Positions 21,656 through 33,800 of a DNA stretch of 64,000 nucleotides are shown in pieces. Source of the DNA: Barthelona sp. PCE (taxonomy: Eukaryota); the NCBI GenBank assembly GCA_040285745.1, contig JAUFOR010000001.1, forward strand, positions 930,001-994,000, in the 5' to 3' direction. How positions within the stretch are numbered: the first letter of the stretch is position 1; each line of letters begins with the position of its first letter. A program made the translations under genes and the position numbers. The notes under the pieces are model-generated. The model saw only the letters and a program-made list of their open reading frames with translations. It made no database searches and had not been told where the DNA came from.

Positions 21656-23494
21656 TTATCTGACAAGCTTTATCTCTGAGACGGGATAGAATTCACTATT
21701 TTGGGTTAACAAATCAAGGATACTGACTCGTTTTTCAAAAATCGTGAAGCTTGTGAATGATTCATCAAAAACAATTAAATCGTATACAACATCGTATCTA
21801 TCCAATTTCATGTGCAGCCGCATAACGGAATTCCACTTGTATGGTTGGTAAGTGAACTGTGTTGTGTTGATGAAATCCCAAGGGAGATTCAGGTGAACTT
21901 GCTCGACTTCCTCACCAGTAAATCTGAACAGCTGGTCCTCTATGAAGAACACCCGGTCGTTGACGAAGTAACTGCTGAAAGCCTGATTTCCACAAATATG
22001 ACAACCGCTAAACACGTTGAATTCTTTGCTTTCTGCATCGTACACCACCACCTTCATCTCACTTCTTTGTTCAGAGAGACATATGTAGGGGCTGTAAAGG
22101 TTGGGGATGCAAAAGTAATGCATATCAGTGGACATTTTGTGCTGAGCAAAGTCGAGGACAACTCCAGCATCGTCCACACTCACAAAAGCCAAATATGAAG
22201 AGCCGGAAACCCACATGCATCCACCACACGAGGATGTGACGTCAAACCAGTTGTTGAACGGAGTATTGATAACTGTGTCGCCGACTGTGATTACCTGATT
22301 GTAACAGTTTTCTATAACTGTGAAACAACCGGCACTGTATTCAACGGTAACGTGTTCCATGTCCGTTCTTAAATATTCACAGTGTATTTGACCGTCTTTG
22401 AAAGCTACAAATTTCTTCTTGTCTCTGATCTGAACACCGGCTTGGGTCAGCGTGGAGCAATTGCCCTCAACCACACCATGTATCATAGCAGACGGGTTTT
22501 CGCTGAAAACATCAATGTGTATGATGTGGTTGCAAGAAGCAATCGCAGGTGTTCGTATGGCCGATCCGGTTTCTGTCAGTGATATTCGCATATCAGCAAT
22601 GATACCGTACCCAGCTATATTGCGCTCAACCGTCAAGGGATACATCACGCTATCTATCATACCGTAGACTTCACCGTTAAGGAACGTAAATGACATAAAG
22701 GTGTTGCCTGACACGTCCGTGTAGCACTTCACTTCACCTTCGTCAAAACTGTAAGCAACTAAATTCGTACTGTATTGGATGAAGCACAGATCGTCCAGGA
22801 AAAATGCGGATTTAGGTTCTGCGTGTTCCATTAGAAAACTACAGCACAGCTTTTCAGAATGGACCTCGGCTCCAGAATCGCTTTCAGTGATGGAAACCTT
22901 GTAAATGCAATCTTGTGTGATGAATAAACATCTTACGTCAGTATTGATAACTGGAACCATCACGTATGTGTCACTGTACGGTACAGGTATGTCAAGGCAC
23001 TGCACTGTGTTATTTATGATCACCGGCGCTACATATTTAGTATGCACGGGATCGAAAAATATGCAAATACGTTCATAGGCTTGCACTTTCTTCACATTAA
23101 ACCGTTGTACCTCATATGAATACGCATTAACAACAGCCGAGTGATTTCCGTAATGTGCAACAATGAAGTAAGAGTCTGTAAAGACACTATAGAGTTGTGC
23201 GGATGCAATTGGAAAATCTATTGGACTGAATCGATTTGTCTCCTTAAGTTGACCACAATCCATTCCATAGTATATGATTTCACCATTTTTTTGAACAACA
23301 AATGAGTTCTCCCCATTAAGGGTTTGTTTAAAACTAGACCAACGTGCTGGTAGTATCACTTCCCGTTTGGTTTCTGGGAGCAGTACGAATGTCGTGGTTT
23401 TTGGTGTGTGTTTGTGTGATTCAACAATGCAATGGTGTTGTTTGCAATTTATGCAAACATCCTTTGAAAAAATGTGTGGTTGGATGCGTGGCAT
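21656..23494 (-). CDS. Hypothetical protein (beta-rich, probably lineage-specific)
   Basis: 612-aa uninterrupted ORF; no recognisable motif. Confidence 0.7.
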   Translation of the reverse strand: MPRIQPHIFSKDVCINCKQHHCIVESHKHTPKTTTFVLLPETKREVILPARWSSFKQTLNGENSFVVQKNGEIIYYGMDCGQLKETNRFSPIDFPIASAQLYSVFTDSYFIVAHYGNHSAVVNAYSYEVQRFNVKKVQAYERICIFFDPVHTKYVAPVIINNTVQCLDIPVPYSDTYVMVPVINTDVRCLFITQDCIYKVSITESDSGAEVHSEKLCCSFLMEHAEPKSAFFLDDLCFIQYSTNLVAYSFDEGEVKCYTDVSGNTFMSFTFLNGEVYGMIDSVMYPLTVERNIAGYGIIADMRISLTETGSAIRTPAIASCNHIIHIDVFSENPSAMIHGVVEGNCSTLTQAGVQIRDKKKFVAFKDGQIHCEYLRTDMEHVTVEYSAGCFTVIENCYNQVITVGDTVINTPFNNWFDVTSSCGGCMWVSGSSYLAFVSVDDAGVVLDFAQHKMSTDMHYFCIPNLYSPYICLSEQRSEMKVVVYDAESKEFNVFSGCHICGNQAFSSYFVNDRVFFIEDQLFRFTGEEVEQVHLNLPWDFINTTQFTYQPYKWNSVMRLHMKLDRYDVVYDLIVFDESFTSFTIFEKRVSILDLLTQNSEFYPVSEIKLVR

Positions 23495-23964
23495 ACTAAT
23501 TTAGCCCATAAATATGCAATATGCCGAATTAAAAAGAAAAAAGTGGTTGAAAGAAACGATAAAAATGAGGAATCAGGTAGTTTGCAGGAGTTATCTATTT
23601 TTAATAATAGAACACTTAATTCGGTGATATATAAGGTTTTGGCAACCGAGTTGATACTTGTAAACTAAAGTAATGCAAACCTGCGATGTCAAGCGTGTAT
23701 TTGCATCAATATTTGTGTTTAAGTGTTGTGATGAAGGGTATTGCATCGATTTTACAACGTTTATTTTTGAAAAACTGTTCATGAAAATCATTGGGGTTCC
23801 GTTTCATTTTTTGACGTTGGACAAATGTTTAGCTCAATGTCAACCAGTACTGATTAGGAACAATATCTGGCAGGGGAGAACATGTGATCGTGTTAAAGAT
23901 GCTTTTAGGGATAAGTTTCACTATTTAGTTTTTTATCTCCTTCTTTAAACATATTTTTAGAAAA

Positions 23965-26646
23965 ATGTTTGGGGCTGATACTATAACAAGGATCGGTAAC
24001 TCGGGAAGCAACATGTATAACTTCTGTGTTGTGTCACATGTCGATAGCGGAAAATCTACCATGGTTGATGCGCTGTTAAGTCTGAATAGACTAGTCTCTG
24101 AGGAACTAGTTGGCGTGGCAAGGGGAATGGACACAAGACCTGACGAGCAGCGCAGATGTATTACGATGAAGAGCTCATCCACTGTTTTACTCATTAAAAA
24201 TCCTTTGAAGAATAACGTAGCATGCGTGAACGTCATGGACACCCCCGGGCACTTTGATTTTTGGGCGGAGGTCGATGCTGCACTTGGGCTTGTGGACGGG
24301 TGTTTCATCTTGATAGATGTTATTGAAGGTATCAGAAATAGAACAGTGTCTGTTATCGAGCGAGCTTTTAAACACAGGCTGTTCCCAGTTCTGGTGTTGA
24401 ACAAAATCGATAAACTGCTCACTATTTCGAAAATGGACGAATCTGAGATAGCAGAGCATTTGGAGGGATTGATCACAACAGTCAACAGTATAACAGCAGG
24501 CTTTGCCGCCGAGGAGTTCTTCAGTAAGAGCGAGGAGATTGATATTGATAAGATGGATCGACATCCCTTTATATTCGATCCAAGAAGAGGAAACGTCATT
24601 TTTGCGTCTGCGCTCAACAACTGGGGATTTACACTTCCGCAGATGGCGGAGGTGTTGTCAGAGAAGCTTAAGATGCCTGCCCAGAAGATCCTCAAGAATC
24701 TCTGGGGTCATCGATATTTCAACGGTAAGAGCTTTGTGGGAACTCCACCGTCGAGCCGCTCGAAGCGCTTCGTGTCAATGTGCATTTTTAAGTACATATG
24801 TCAGATCTTTCAGGCAGAAAGAGAGGATTTTCAGGACAAGTTGCACTCGATTGCAGAATCGTTGGGACTAAGATTAGGAGAAGGCACCTTAGACTCAAAG
24901 GCGATACTGAGCAAGTGGCTACCGATGAAGAAGCCATTAGTAGAGTGTCTATTTAAGTTCTTTCCCACAGCGGCCGTTGCCCAAAAGTATAAGTTGAATA
25001 TTTTTGGAGTTCAGACCCCTGAAGTATCCCACGCAATGGTAACGTGTCATAACGACGGCCCCGTTCTGGGGTTCATCAGCAAGATCCTCCTGCCCTATGT
25101 CGACACAGATTCAGGGCAGCCGCTCGGTATTGGGCGTCTGTTCAGCGGAACGTTGCGTCGCGGTTCAAAAGTGCGTGCAATTGTCAACGGAGAATCTCGT
25201 GTGGTCACGGTTAGTACTGTATTCCTTTTGATGCCAAGGATGAATGTCAGAATTGAAGAGGTTACCGCAGGTAATCTTTTTGCGATCAGTTACGACGGAA
25301 TGGACACTTACACCACTCTTATTGATATGGAGATTGAGTCAAACGACTTCTTTTTCAACCCCTCACATTCAAAAGCTCTTCTGACATTTAAAGTCGATCC
25401 TAGCGTCCCAAGCCAGCTCCCACGACTGCGCCAGACACTCATGAAGCTCGACCGTATGGACAGCGCGATGGATTTTTCGATTTCTAAGAAGGGCGAGTTC
25501 CTGGTGAGTGCAGTAGGCCCCGTTCATTTAGAGGTAATTAAAAAGTTCGTTGAGAAGAGCAGGTGTGATACGCAATGGTCAGTTCCGATTGTGCCCATGC
25601 GTGAGACAACGATATCAGTCCGTCATAGGGGAATTGTTGAGTCTCCCTTGTTGTATTTCGATGTGCAGCTTGGTACCCTGAGTGATGATGTTGTTGACAG
25701 AGTCATGGAGCACCAGGACGATGTCAAGGCTGGCGATTACGAGTTTCTTCACGGACTCCCGTTTTACGATAACGTTGTCAGTGATAAGGTCCTGTGCTTT
25801 GGCCCAGACCACGGCTGTAACGTCTTGCTTTGGTCACTCCCACAGCAGTTTCGTGACAGTGAATTTTTTAATTTAATATCAGAGTCGTTGCGGAAGATCC
25901 TCATTCAATCGTTCCAAAATGCAACTGCAGTCGGTCCTATTTGTGGAGAGAAGATGCACGGTATCTTTATCCGTATCACGCGTATCGAACTCGCTGAGTT
26001 TGCGAAGCATGAGGAGATTGTTGCTTCTTTAAAGGAGCAAATCCAGCAGAGCAACGAAGACGAAGATGAAGAGCTTGTTGCACGTTTGGCCGAGGTCACT
26101 GCTAACTATGATAGGGAGCAGAATGAAAAAGAAGTAATTTCACATTTTCATAGAGGTGCAGTGCACAGCATTATAACTCCTATCAAAATGGGTTTCCATG
26201 AGGTTTTCATGGGCTCAGGCGTTCGTATCGTGGAGCCCGTTTACACAATCGAGGCTGAGTTCAGTTCTGCATGGATTTCTAAGGTCACAAATTGGTTACA
26301 GCAGAAGCGAGGTAATGTCACCCAATTAAACGTTCGGACTGGTTCAGACACCTATATACTTTCGGCAGAGCTCCCCGTTTACGAGAGTTTTAATGCACAG
26401 GAGAGCTTAATGAGCGCGACTAGTGGTTTTGCATCGTTCTCTATTGTGGGACTGATCTGGAAGATGATCGATGAGGATCCATATTTTGTGCCAAAGACAG
26501 AGAATGAGTTGGAAGATTACATCGAGGGTGAGTTTGATGAAATTTTTGTGAAGAAGATGATTAATCACATTAGATTAGTTAAAGGATTGTTAGTTGACAG
26601 TCAGCTGAACGTTGATGGTGAAAAATTGACAAATATTAAGAAATAA
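23965..26646 (+). CDS. EFL1: Elongation factor-like GTPase EFL1/Ria1
   Basis: HVDSGKST, EQRRCITMKSS, DTPGHFDF, NKID; EFL1-type C-terminus 'WKMIDEDPYFVPKTENELED'. Confidence 0.88.
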   Translation: MFGADTITRIGNSGSNMYNFCVVSHVDSGKSTMVDALLSLNRLVSEELVGVARGMDTRPDEQRRCITMKSSSTVLLIKNPLKNNVACVNVMDTPGHFDFWAEVDAALGLVDGCFILIDVIEGIRNRTVSVIERAFKHRLFPVLVLNKIDKLLTISKMDESEIAEHLEGLITTVNSITAGFAAEEFFSKSEEIDIDKMDRHPFIFDPRRGNVIFASALNNWGFTLPQMAEVLSEKLKMPAQKILKNLWGHRYFNGKSFVGTPPSSRSKRFVSMCIFKYICQIFQAEREDFQDKLHSIAESLGLRLGEGTLDSKAILSKWLPMKKPLVECLFKFFPTAAVAQKYKLNIFGVQTPEVSHAMVTCHNDGPVLGFISKILLPYVDTDSGQPLGIGRLFSGTLRRGSKVRAIVNGESRVVTVSTVFLLMPRMNVRIEEVTAGNLFAISYDGMDTYTTLIDMEIESNDFFFNPSHSKALLTFKVDPSVPSQLPRLRQTLMKLDRMDSAMDFSISKKGEFLVSAVGPVHLEVIKKFVEKSRCDTQWSVPIVPMRETTISVRHRGIVESPLLYFDVQLGTLSDDVVDRVMEHQDDVKAGDYEFLHGLPFYDNVVSDKVLCFGPDHGCNVLLWSLPQQFRDSEFFNLISESLRKILIQSFQNATAVGPICGEKMHGIFIRITRIELAEFAKHEEIVASLKEQIQQSNEDEDEELVARLAEVTANYDREQNEKEVISHFHRGAVHSIITPIKMGFHEVFMGSGVRIVEPVYTIEAEFSSAWISKVTNWLQQKRGNVTQLNVRTGSDTYILSAELPVYESFNAQESLMSATSGFASFSIVGLIWKMIDEDPYFVPKTENELEDYIEGEFDEIFVKKMINHIRLVKGLLVDSQLNVDGEKLTNIKK

Positions 26647-26702
26647 GCGTTTAAAAAAAAAATTTGTGAAGATTTACTAGTTGACAAGCAGTTCAACGAT
26701 GA

Positions 26703-27394
26703 CTAGAAGCACTTCGAGAAGGTATATCCACAGAACTGAGCGACAATGAAATAAATAACAACGAGCAAAATCAAAACACAGAACATTGTTGACTTGATGC
26801 GTGCACATTGCATAGTATGCTTAAGGCGGTTGGCAGCACGGTCGTAACCAATGGCGGTGTTGCGCATAACATCGGCATCATCGACAGTTCTCTGGAGTTT
26901 GTTGCCCCTTTCAAACAAAGTGTTAATATTACTTGTCATTGAGGCCGTTGCACTGTTCAATTGCTCTTTTGTCTTCTGTAAGACACTGGGTCCGCTGAAC
27001 CTGTTCACAAGATTCTGAAGCTGCTCGCCAAAAGAGGTGTTAAATGAGTATGCAGCAGCGGCGGCAACGTCTTGACTGCTGTAAGCGCTTGAGAAACGCT
27101 TACGGAGTTCGTTGAGGAGTCTGAGGGGGGATTCGGCGTCGCTACTGGCATCAGCAACGCAAATATAGATGATGGACTGCTCAACGACAACATGAATAGT
27201 ATATGCACCAAATCCAAAGTTACGTCTGTCGTTTACGCTGTTTCCAACTTTGTCGGCAACAGAAGCACGGACACGACTGAAATCGGCTGAATGTGAGGGG
27301 ATAGATTAATTGTTAACAATTACATACATCCATCGGCATTGTAATCAACCAGAACGGTATTCTGGCGGGCCACGCATGCGTACTTGATAGTCAT
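26703..27394 (-). CDS. VAMP7: Longin R-SNARE, VAMP7-like (exons 27394-27328, 27286-26703; intron 27327-27287)
   Basis: MTIKYACVARQNTVLVDY longin start; GTATGT...CTCACATTCAG intron keeps frame; SNARE motif 'MTSNINTLFERGNKL' and C-terminal TM helix. Confidence 0.85.
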
Positions 27395-27636
27395 TTGCGG
27401 GAGAAAAGGGAATAAAAAGTGGAACAAAAAAAAATTTGATTTGAATGCTTGCTGTGTTTTACTTTTAACCTTAATTCATGTATATTCAGAGTGTATAGAT
27501 AATGAATGGTAGAATAAAAAAAAAAATACATTTTTTTGTGGTTTTTGCAGCACATGTTAAGGATAGTTTTGTGTTTGCACATGTTTTGCAGTGGGGAACC
27601 GTCAGTCATATTAATTAGAAAAGGGGAGAAATCGAG

Positions 27637-28299
27637 CTAAGTAGGATTAATTCCAGAAATTTTGAAAATATATAGTTTCTCATATCCCACTTTCCGTTTA
27701 ATAACAACAGTACACTTTAGACCAAGCTCCTCAGCGATATACCGTTTTAGCTGCTTCGGTTTGTTCTCCTTTAACACTACTAGATAGCAAATACCATTTT
27801 CAGTAAGGACTTGTGGTAAAGAGTTCAAAAAACGGAATGTTGTGTCTGTTCCATTTGTACCACCATTCCATGCACTCGTGAGGTCGCCTATATTGACCTC
27901 ATCTGTTGCTGAAGGTACATACGGAGGGTTGAAGATGACAACATCGAATTTTTTATCACTGATTTCTGCAAAAAGATCGCTTTTGCGCAGATTTACGGTC
28001 ACACCAGCTGTCTCTGCATGTATATTTGCACACTCTAGAGCCTTTTCATTGATATCAACGCCCCAAAATTCAGAATCCTGACGTTGTCCGAAATAATGAG
28101 CCAGGCTAACAATAACTGTACCGCTGCCCACACCAACCTCGATCCACCGTCTCATTCCAGAGAGAAAGTTCTTCTGAAGATCGATTGCGTCGAGCATCAA
28201 ACTTGTGTCTTCTCTAGGAGGATAAACAAGCCCATCGAATGCTTGGAACATGTCCAAATCGGGTTCAATTGACTGAACAACAGACTCATATGAAGTCAT
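27637..28299 (-). CDS. N6AMT1: HemK2/N6AMT1 (Mtq2) eRF1 glutamine methyltransferase
   Basis: VYPPREDTSL, EVGVGSG, VIFNPPYVPS, AWNGGTNG motifs. Confidence 0.9.
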   Translation of the reverse strand: MTSYESVVQSIEPDLDMFQAFDGLVYPPREDTSLMLDAIDLQKNFLSGMRRWIEVGVGSGTVIVSLAHYFGQRQDSEFWGVDINEKALECANIHAETAGVTVNLRKSDLFAEISDKKFDVVIFNPPYVPSATDEVNIGDLTSAWNGGTNGTDTTFRFLNSLPQVLTENGICYLVVLKENKPKQLKRYIAEELGLKCTVVIKRKVGYEKLYIFKISGINPT

Positions 28300-28377
28300 A
28301 ATGTAAACGGGTAGATTTTCTCGCTACAGTTTTTCAGTCTCTTTCCGAAATTCTTTGTGATTTACTTGAGCAAAACA

Positions 28378-28848
28378 ATGAAAGAATCTGTTCCTATCCA
28401 CGTGAGTCAAGCAGGAGTTGCGAGTATGGACGATATTGATTGGAATTCGGTTATTTCCACTTTTATTCTAAGCAGCGATGCGGGAGATCATGTGTTTGTC
28501 ATTAAACAGACGGACAAGTCCATTGTATTTCAGAATTCGGCTTTCGAATTGGATGAAACCACCATTGATACATGTTGTAGAATTTTCCTTGACAATGGGG
28601 CGGTTGTCTTTAAAGAAGGCTTTGAGTTGTTCAGGTCACAGCACTTTGATCCAATTCGTGTTGATGATGAGGGTATATACGCTCGTAAATCAAATTCTCC
28701 AAATGAGGGTATCGTTCTCATCAGAACCTTCCATTTTGTCATTGGTGCGACGTACGCTTCTACAATGTATCCGGCGGCGACAGTTGAGTGTTCAGAAGCA
28801 GTGGGTGACTATGTCCGAGCTTTAGAAGAGGATTTTGTCCGTATTTAG
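28378..28848 (+). CDS. Profilin-like protein
   Basis: 'WNSVISTFIL...EGFELF...IRVDDEGIYARK...GIVLIRT...E.VGDYVR' follows the profilin pattern; start uncertain (28378 or 28426). Confidence 0.7.
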   Translation: MKESVPIHVSQAGVASMDDIDWNSVISTFILSSDAGDHVFVIKQTDKSIVFQNSAFELDETTIDTCCRIFLDNGAVVFKEGFELFRSQHFDPIRVDDEGIYARKSNSPNEGIVLIRTFHFVIGATYASTMYPAATVECSEAVGDYVRALEEDFVRI

Positions 28849-28970
28849 TTGATTTTTTAAAGTGATATTAGATTTTATTCAGGTGTCCATCGTTTTTCAC
28901 ACCATTTATTATATGTATACGTGTAAATAGTCCACATTATGAGTGTGTTTATTTTTCCAATCTTTTTCAC

Positions 28971-29573
28971 ATGCCTCGTCGTAAGTCGAAGAAAATTGAC
29001 TTGGATTTTCAACTGGGGGAGCAGATTGCAAAGCACCTGGAGCGTCTAGAGCATTCTAAAAACATTTGGGATGAAGTTGCACAAATAATGGACTGTGAGC
29101 CTGAAAGAGTTGTTACATTGTTTGAGTACTACACAAAGATGATTTCTCGGAAGAAGAGAGCAAGCAAATCACAAAAAGACAAAGAGAAGAAACTTTCTGT
29201 GGAACAGATCGATGAATTAGTTTTCTCGTCAATGTCGTCTGGAAACCAGAAGGCATACACGCAATTGAGGGCAGTGATGGGGTCAGCAAAGACCGAAACA
29301 CCTGAAATTATTGTGAGTGACGGTGAAAATGACAGTATTGTTAGTCAGAATCACGGTTTTGATTTTGGCAGTTTTGATTTCACAGAAGAAAAGGACCCTG
29401 GTAATGATCCCAAACCGAAAAGCAAATTGAATCAGAGGTCGTTCTTTTCAGATGATGAAGACAGTTTATTTGCGATTCATGATACCAAATTGGCCCAGTT
29501 ATCGAGCAGGTTCGGTAATAGTCGAGTTAAAAAGTCTAAAAAGAATAACGTTGTCAATCCTAATACAGATTAG
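28971..29573 (+). CDS. Hypothetical basic/acidic protein
   Basis: 200-aa ORF with NLS-like start MPRRKSKK. Confidence 0.6.
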   Translation: MPRRKSKKIDLDFQLGEQIAKHLERLEHSKNIWDEVAQIMDCEPERVVTLFEYYTKMISRKKRASKSQKDKEKKLSVEQIDELVFSSMSSGNQKAYTQLRAVMGSAKTETPEIIVSDGENDSIVSQNHGFDFGSFDFTEEKDPGNDPKPKSKLNQRSFFSDDEDSLFAIHDTKLAQLSSRFGNSRVKKSKKNNVVNPNTD

Positions 29574-30562
29574 AATTTTTTTCCTCTTCTCTTTTGTTTT
29601 CGTTTAATTGGTGACGTCTCATGTGAGCGCAGCTTGATGTATTTATCAACAAACTTCTCACTCTTCTTCAAAGCAAAATATTCAGCTAAATTTTTTTGTT
29701 CTTTGCGTAGTATCCTTAGTTCTTGTAATAGTTTTTCAATATAAGACTTTTGTTTCTTTCGTATAGCGTTGCTCTTTTTGTAGTTTTTCTTTAAATTTCT
29801 AATTACAGCATTTTTTTTTTTCAATTTTTTGCTAGCTTCTCTGTAAATGTCAAGCTTCTTCAGCAGATTACTGTTTTCTTTCTTCAGCTGCTCGATCTCA
29901 TATCTCTGCGATGCTGTAAGATTCTTCAAACTGGAGTTTATGCTTATTTTTGGATTTAAAGCCTTTCGCTTTTTCTTTTTCTTTTTCTTTGGTCTTTTGA
30001 CAATTGGATCATCTACAACAACACGCGGCGCCCGTAATTTAACATCAACTTTGTTCTTTTTGCGCTTTTTCTTCGGTGAATGTGCTAGAATCTCTGTTAG
30101 ATCCTGACAAGTTGAATTGAGAGAAACATCACTTATATCTGATTCATTAAGGTCAAAGTCGCTCAAGGATACATCGCTCATATCGGTGAGACGCTCACTT
30201 AACCCTATAATATCAACATCCTCGAATTCAGAGTCAAATTCAGCTACATCACTAAATGCCTTCACTTCTGGAGATATTTCAGGCTGGATCTCGAGCTTTG
30301 TTGGTGTTGGCGCCTCCAACAATGTCCGCCTCATCTCCTCAATGTGAGTGTTGGCACGATTGAATAAATTGTCAAACTTGCTTCGTAATTCTACAATTTC
30401 TTGCTTAGTGGGCGACTCAGGATCCTTCAACGGTGGTTCAGTGTCTACATAAGGAGGAGGACTGGATAGAGCCATGTGCGCCATAGCATTCGTCTTCATT
30501 TGGCTCTTTCTCAGCTGATTCTCTAACATCTCCATGGCGTTGTTCATTTCACTCACGTGCAA
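29570..30562 (-). CDS. Hypothetical Lys-rich coiled-coil protein
   Basis: Long ORF; start codon uncertain; stop overlaps the stop of the convergent gene. Confidence 0.6.
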   Translation of the reverse strand: MHVSEMNNAMEMLENQLRKSQMKTNAMAHMALSSPPPYVDTEPPLKDPESPTKQEIVELRSKFDNLFNRANTHIEEMRRTLLEAPTPTKLEIQPEISPEVKAFSDVAEFDSEFEDVDIIGLSERLTDMSDVSLSDFDLNESDISDVSLNSTCQDLTEILAHSPKKKRKKNKVDVKLRAPRVVVDDPIVKRPKKKKKKKRKALNPKISINSSLKNLTASQRYEIEQLKKENSNLLKKLDIYREASKKLKKKNAVIRNLKKNYKKSNAIRKKQKSYIEKLLQELRILRKEQKNLAEYFALKKSEKFVDKYIKLRSHETSPIKRKQKRRGKKF

Positions 30563-30849
30563 CCCACAAAAAAGTGTAAAGGAGGAAAAGTAATGTAAAA
30601 CAACAGAGATGGTTTGATCTTTTAGTTATCGATCTTTTAGGAGGTGTTGCGGAACAATTTGCAAAATCTATGATGGTTATTAGTGTAAGAATTAGTGTGA
30701 TAGTTTGTGCCGGCAAAATGCAGTTCCTTGTTGAAGTGTTTTCAAGGACCAAGGTAATGCCAGACAGATGCTTCAGGCAAAGCATTTGTTGATCAGAACA
30801 TGTTTGCAACTTTCACACTTTTTCTTTATTACAGCATAAGTTTAATTCA

Positions 30850-33800
30850 ATGGGAGTTCCAGCATTCTACAGATGGCTTTCTAAACGGTTTAGAAAGTCC
30901 ATTATTAAGGTCAAAGAGGAGTTTCCTCACACAGTCAATGGTGAATATATGCCAATTGATGCTACACAGCCTAATCCAAATGGGTTCGAGATACACAACC
31001 TCTATTTGGACATGAACGGTATCATTCACCCATGTTTTCATCCCACAGATGTTGATGCACCAAAGTCTTGGTCAGAGGTCTTTATTAACGTTTTTGACTA
31101 TGTTGACCGCATATTCACAGTTGTTAGACCTCGTAATTTACTATTTTTGGCAATCGATGGTGTCGCTCCTCGTGCAAAAATGAATCAACAGAGAATGAGG
31201 CGTTTTAGAACAGCTCAGGAGAAGGCAATCGCAAAGGCCATCGCCAACGGGCTCGACGCTGCCAAGTTGGAGTTCCTTAATGAGATATATATCCCGGAGG
31301 AAGGGAACAGCGAAACTCAATTCGATTCAAACATCATCACACCCGGAACTCAGTTCATGTTTGAGCTGTCTGAGGCACTGCGCTGGTTCATACAAATTAA
31401 GATGAACAGGGATCCGGCGTGGCGTGGTCTTCAAGTTGTATTGAGCGACGCAAATATGCCAGGTGAGGGCGAACACAAGGTCATGGATTACCTGAGGTCG
31501 CAGCGCGGTGTCATGCAGGCATGGGAGCGCCGCGACAAGTGCAAAGGCCCGCCCCCGTATAACCCGAACCTCGTCCATTGTCTTTATGGCATGGATGCGG
31601 ACCTCATTATGTTGAGTTTGGCAACCCACGAGCCGAGGTTCATCATTCTCAGGGAGGATATATTCGGCAAGAGCATCCGCTTCTGCCCCGGCTGTGGATC
31701 CCCAGACCACGGGAGGGATAGCTGCCCTGAGATTGCGAAAAACCCCAGTGCCCAGGCTCAGCATTTCGATAAGTTGCCGTATGGACACAAAGAATGGCAG
31801 TTCTGCTGCATGAACATCCTGCGCGACTACATGGACCGTATGTTTGGCACGCACTTTAACCTCAAACAAACTCTTGGTCCTCGTTACGACTTGGAAAGGG
31901 TGATTGATGATTTTATCTTCCTTTGCTTCCTGGCCGGTAACGATTTCCTGCCGCACATTGCATCGTTGGATATCCGCGAGGGTTGTATCGATTTGCTGCT
32001 GAAAGTGTATTTGCGTAAGCTTCCCGTCCTGGGCGGATACATCACCGACCGCGGTATCATGAACTTCCAGCGGTTAGCAGTGTACATGGACTCGCTTAAA
32101 CTGCACGAGTCCAAACTGTTTGAAATGAGAGAGTCGGACAGGCGTCGGAAACTGATGCGCCGCCGCGCCCGCGACAAAAAGAGATGGAGGGAGAACAAGG
32201 AGATGAAGGCAGCAGAGAAGAAGGCCGACATGTTCAGGAACACAGCCATTTTGAAAGATTTCGTGGTTGCAAAGCAGGTTGAGGAAGACAGGAAAATCGA
32301 AGACTCGAAGCGTACCGCATCTATGGTCCAACCAGACCCTGCAACGCCTGAAGTCGTTCGCAAGATGCAGAAGACAAAGACAGAGGAGTCGAAAGATTTC
32401 GACATGGACGCCTTCACGGAGCTTGAGATTCTAGACCTCAAGAACCCTTCAGTGCCAGACAGCGAGGTCATCAGTGACTCCTTCCACGAGGTGGACGCAT
32501 GCACCGCGAAATTACTGCTGCGTCACCCACTCAAGATGTTTTCTGAAGGATATAGGGAGCGGTATTACAAGTACAAGTTCAAATTCACCGATGATGATGT
32601 CGACATCAGCGTGCAGCGTGCGCGTATGAGGGATCCCGCCGAGGCAGAGCGCATCTATATGTCGTGCCACGACTTCACTGCGTCAGACTACAAGGGTGAT
32701 CTTGCTCATCTAGTCACATCGTACGCTGAGGGTCTCGCATGGACCTTCCTGTACTACTACAGGGGTTGCGCGTCATGGACGTGGTACTACCCATACCACT
32801 TTGCACCGTTGGCGGAGGATTGCACCCTTTTGGCGCATATTGATGGAAAGCGTATCTACGAAAGATTTGGGATCTCACCTATCAACAGGACCCACGTGCT
32901 CGAGTCCAAGACACCAGAGCCGTCCAACCCTCCGCTTGACAGCCCGGTGTGCCCGTTCCACCAGCTCATGTCTGTTCTCCCGCTTTATTCAAGCCACGCA
33001 CTACCAGAGTCGTTTAGAGATGTTATGATGCGCCTGCCGGAGTACTATCCGCTGAGTTTCCGTCTCGACAGAAACTTCCACGAGCAACTATGGCAAGCGA
33101 TTGCGATACTACCTTTCATTGATTTTGGTCATCTCATCGACGAGGCAAAGGACGAGATGATTCTTTCACAGGCCGACAAGTTCCTGAAGCTGAGAAACAG
33201 ATACGCAACAAACACACTGTTTGTGCACCAAAGCAATGGTTTGTGGCCACACGTTGTCGCTACGACCGCTCTTGCCGAACCAAAGTACGAGACCTACGCA
33301 GAGTGGCGCAAGGAGCGTGTTCATGGTAAGAGCCGTAAGACTCCAAGTGCCGCCTATTGTTCAGTTTTGCTCAAACCTGATTGGCACGTCGAAAAACCCG
33401 AGTTCAATTCAGGCCTGGATGAGACCGTCCCTCCATCTCGATACGTCAACCCCAAGGGCCAGTTCATCAACAGCATACAGTTCTTTAAGCGATATGGTGC
33501 ACCCAAGATCCCATTCGGTGCACCACCCGACATGGAACTCGATTCACTACAGCAGCGTTGGATGCTTCCGTTTGAGGAAGGGGAGTACTGCAAAGTGTTT
33601 TCGTGCTCGATGGACTTTCCAGATTTTCCAGCTGGTTATAATTATTCTGTTAATTTACTGCCCGGAGTGCACATGCCACAGCCGGTATTGAACCAGCGCG
33701 ACTTTGATTCCATTGAGAGGAGGCACGTCAACACTGAGCGTTTTACACTTGGTGAGGAGCTTGCTTTTGCTGAAGACAAGGCATTCCAGGATACTGTTCC

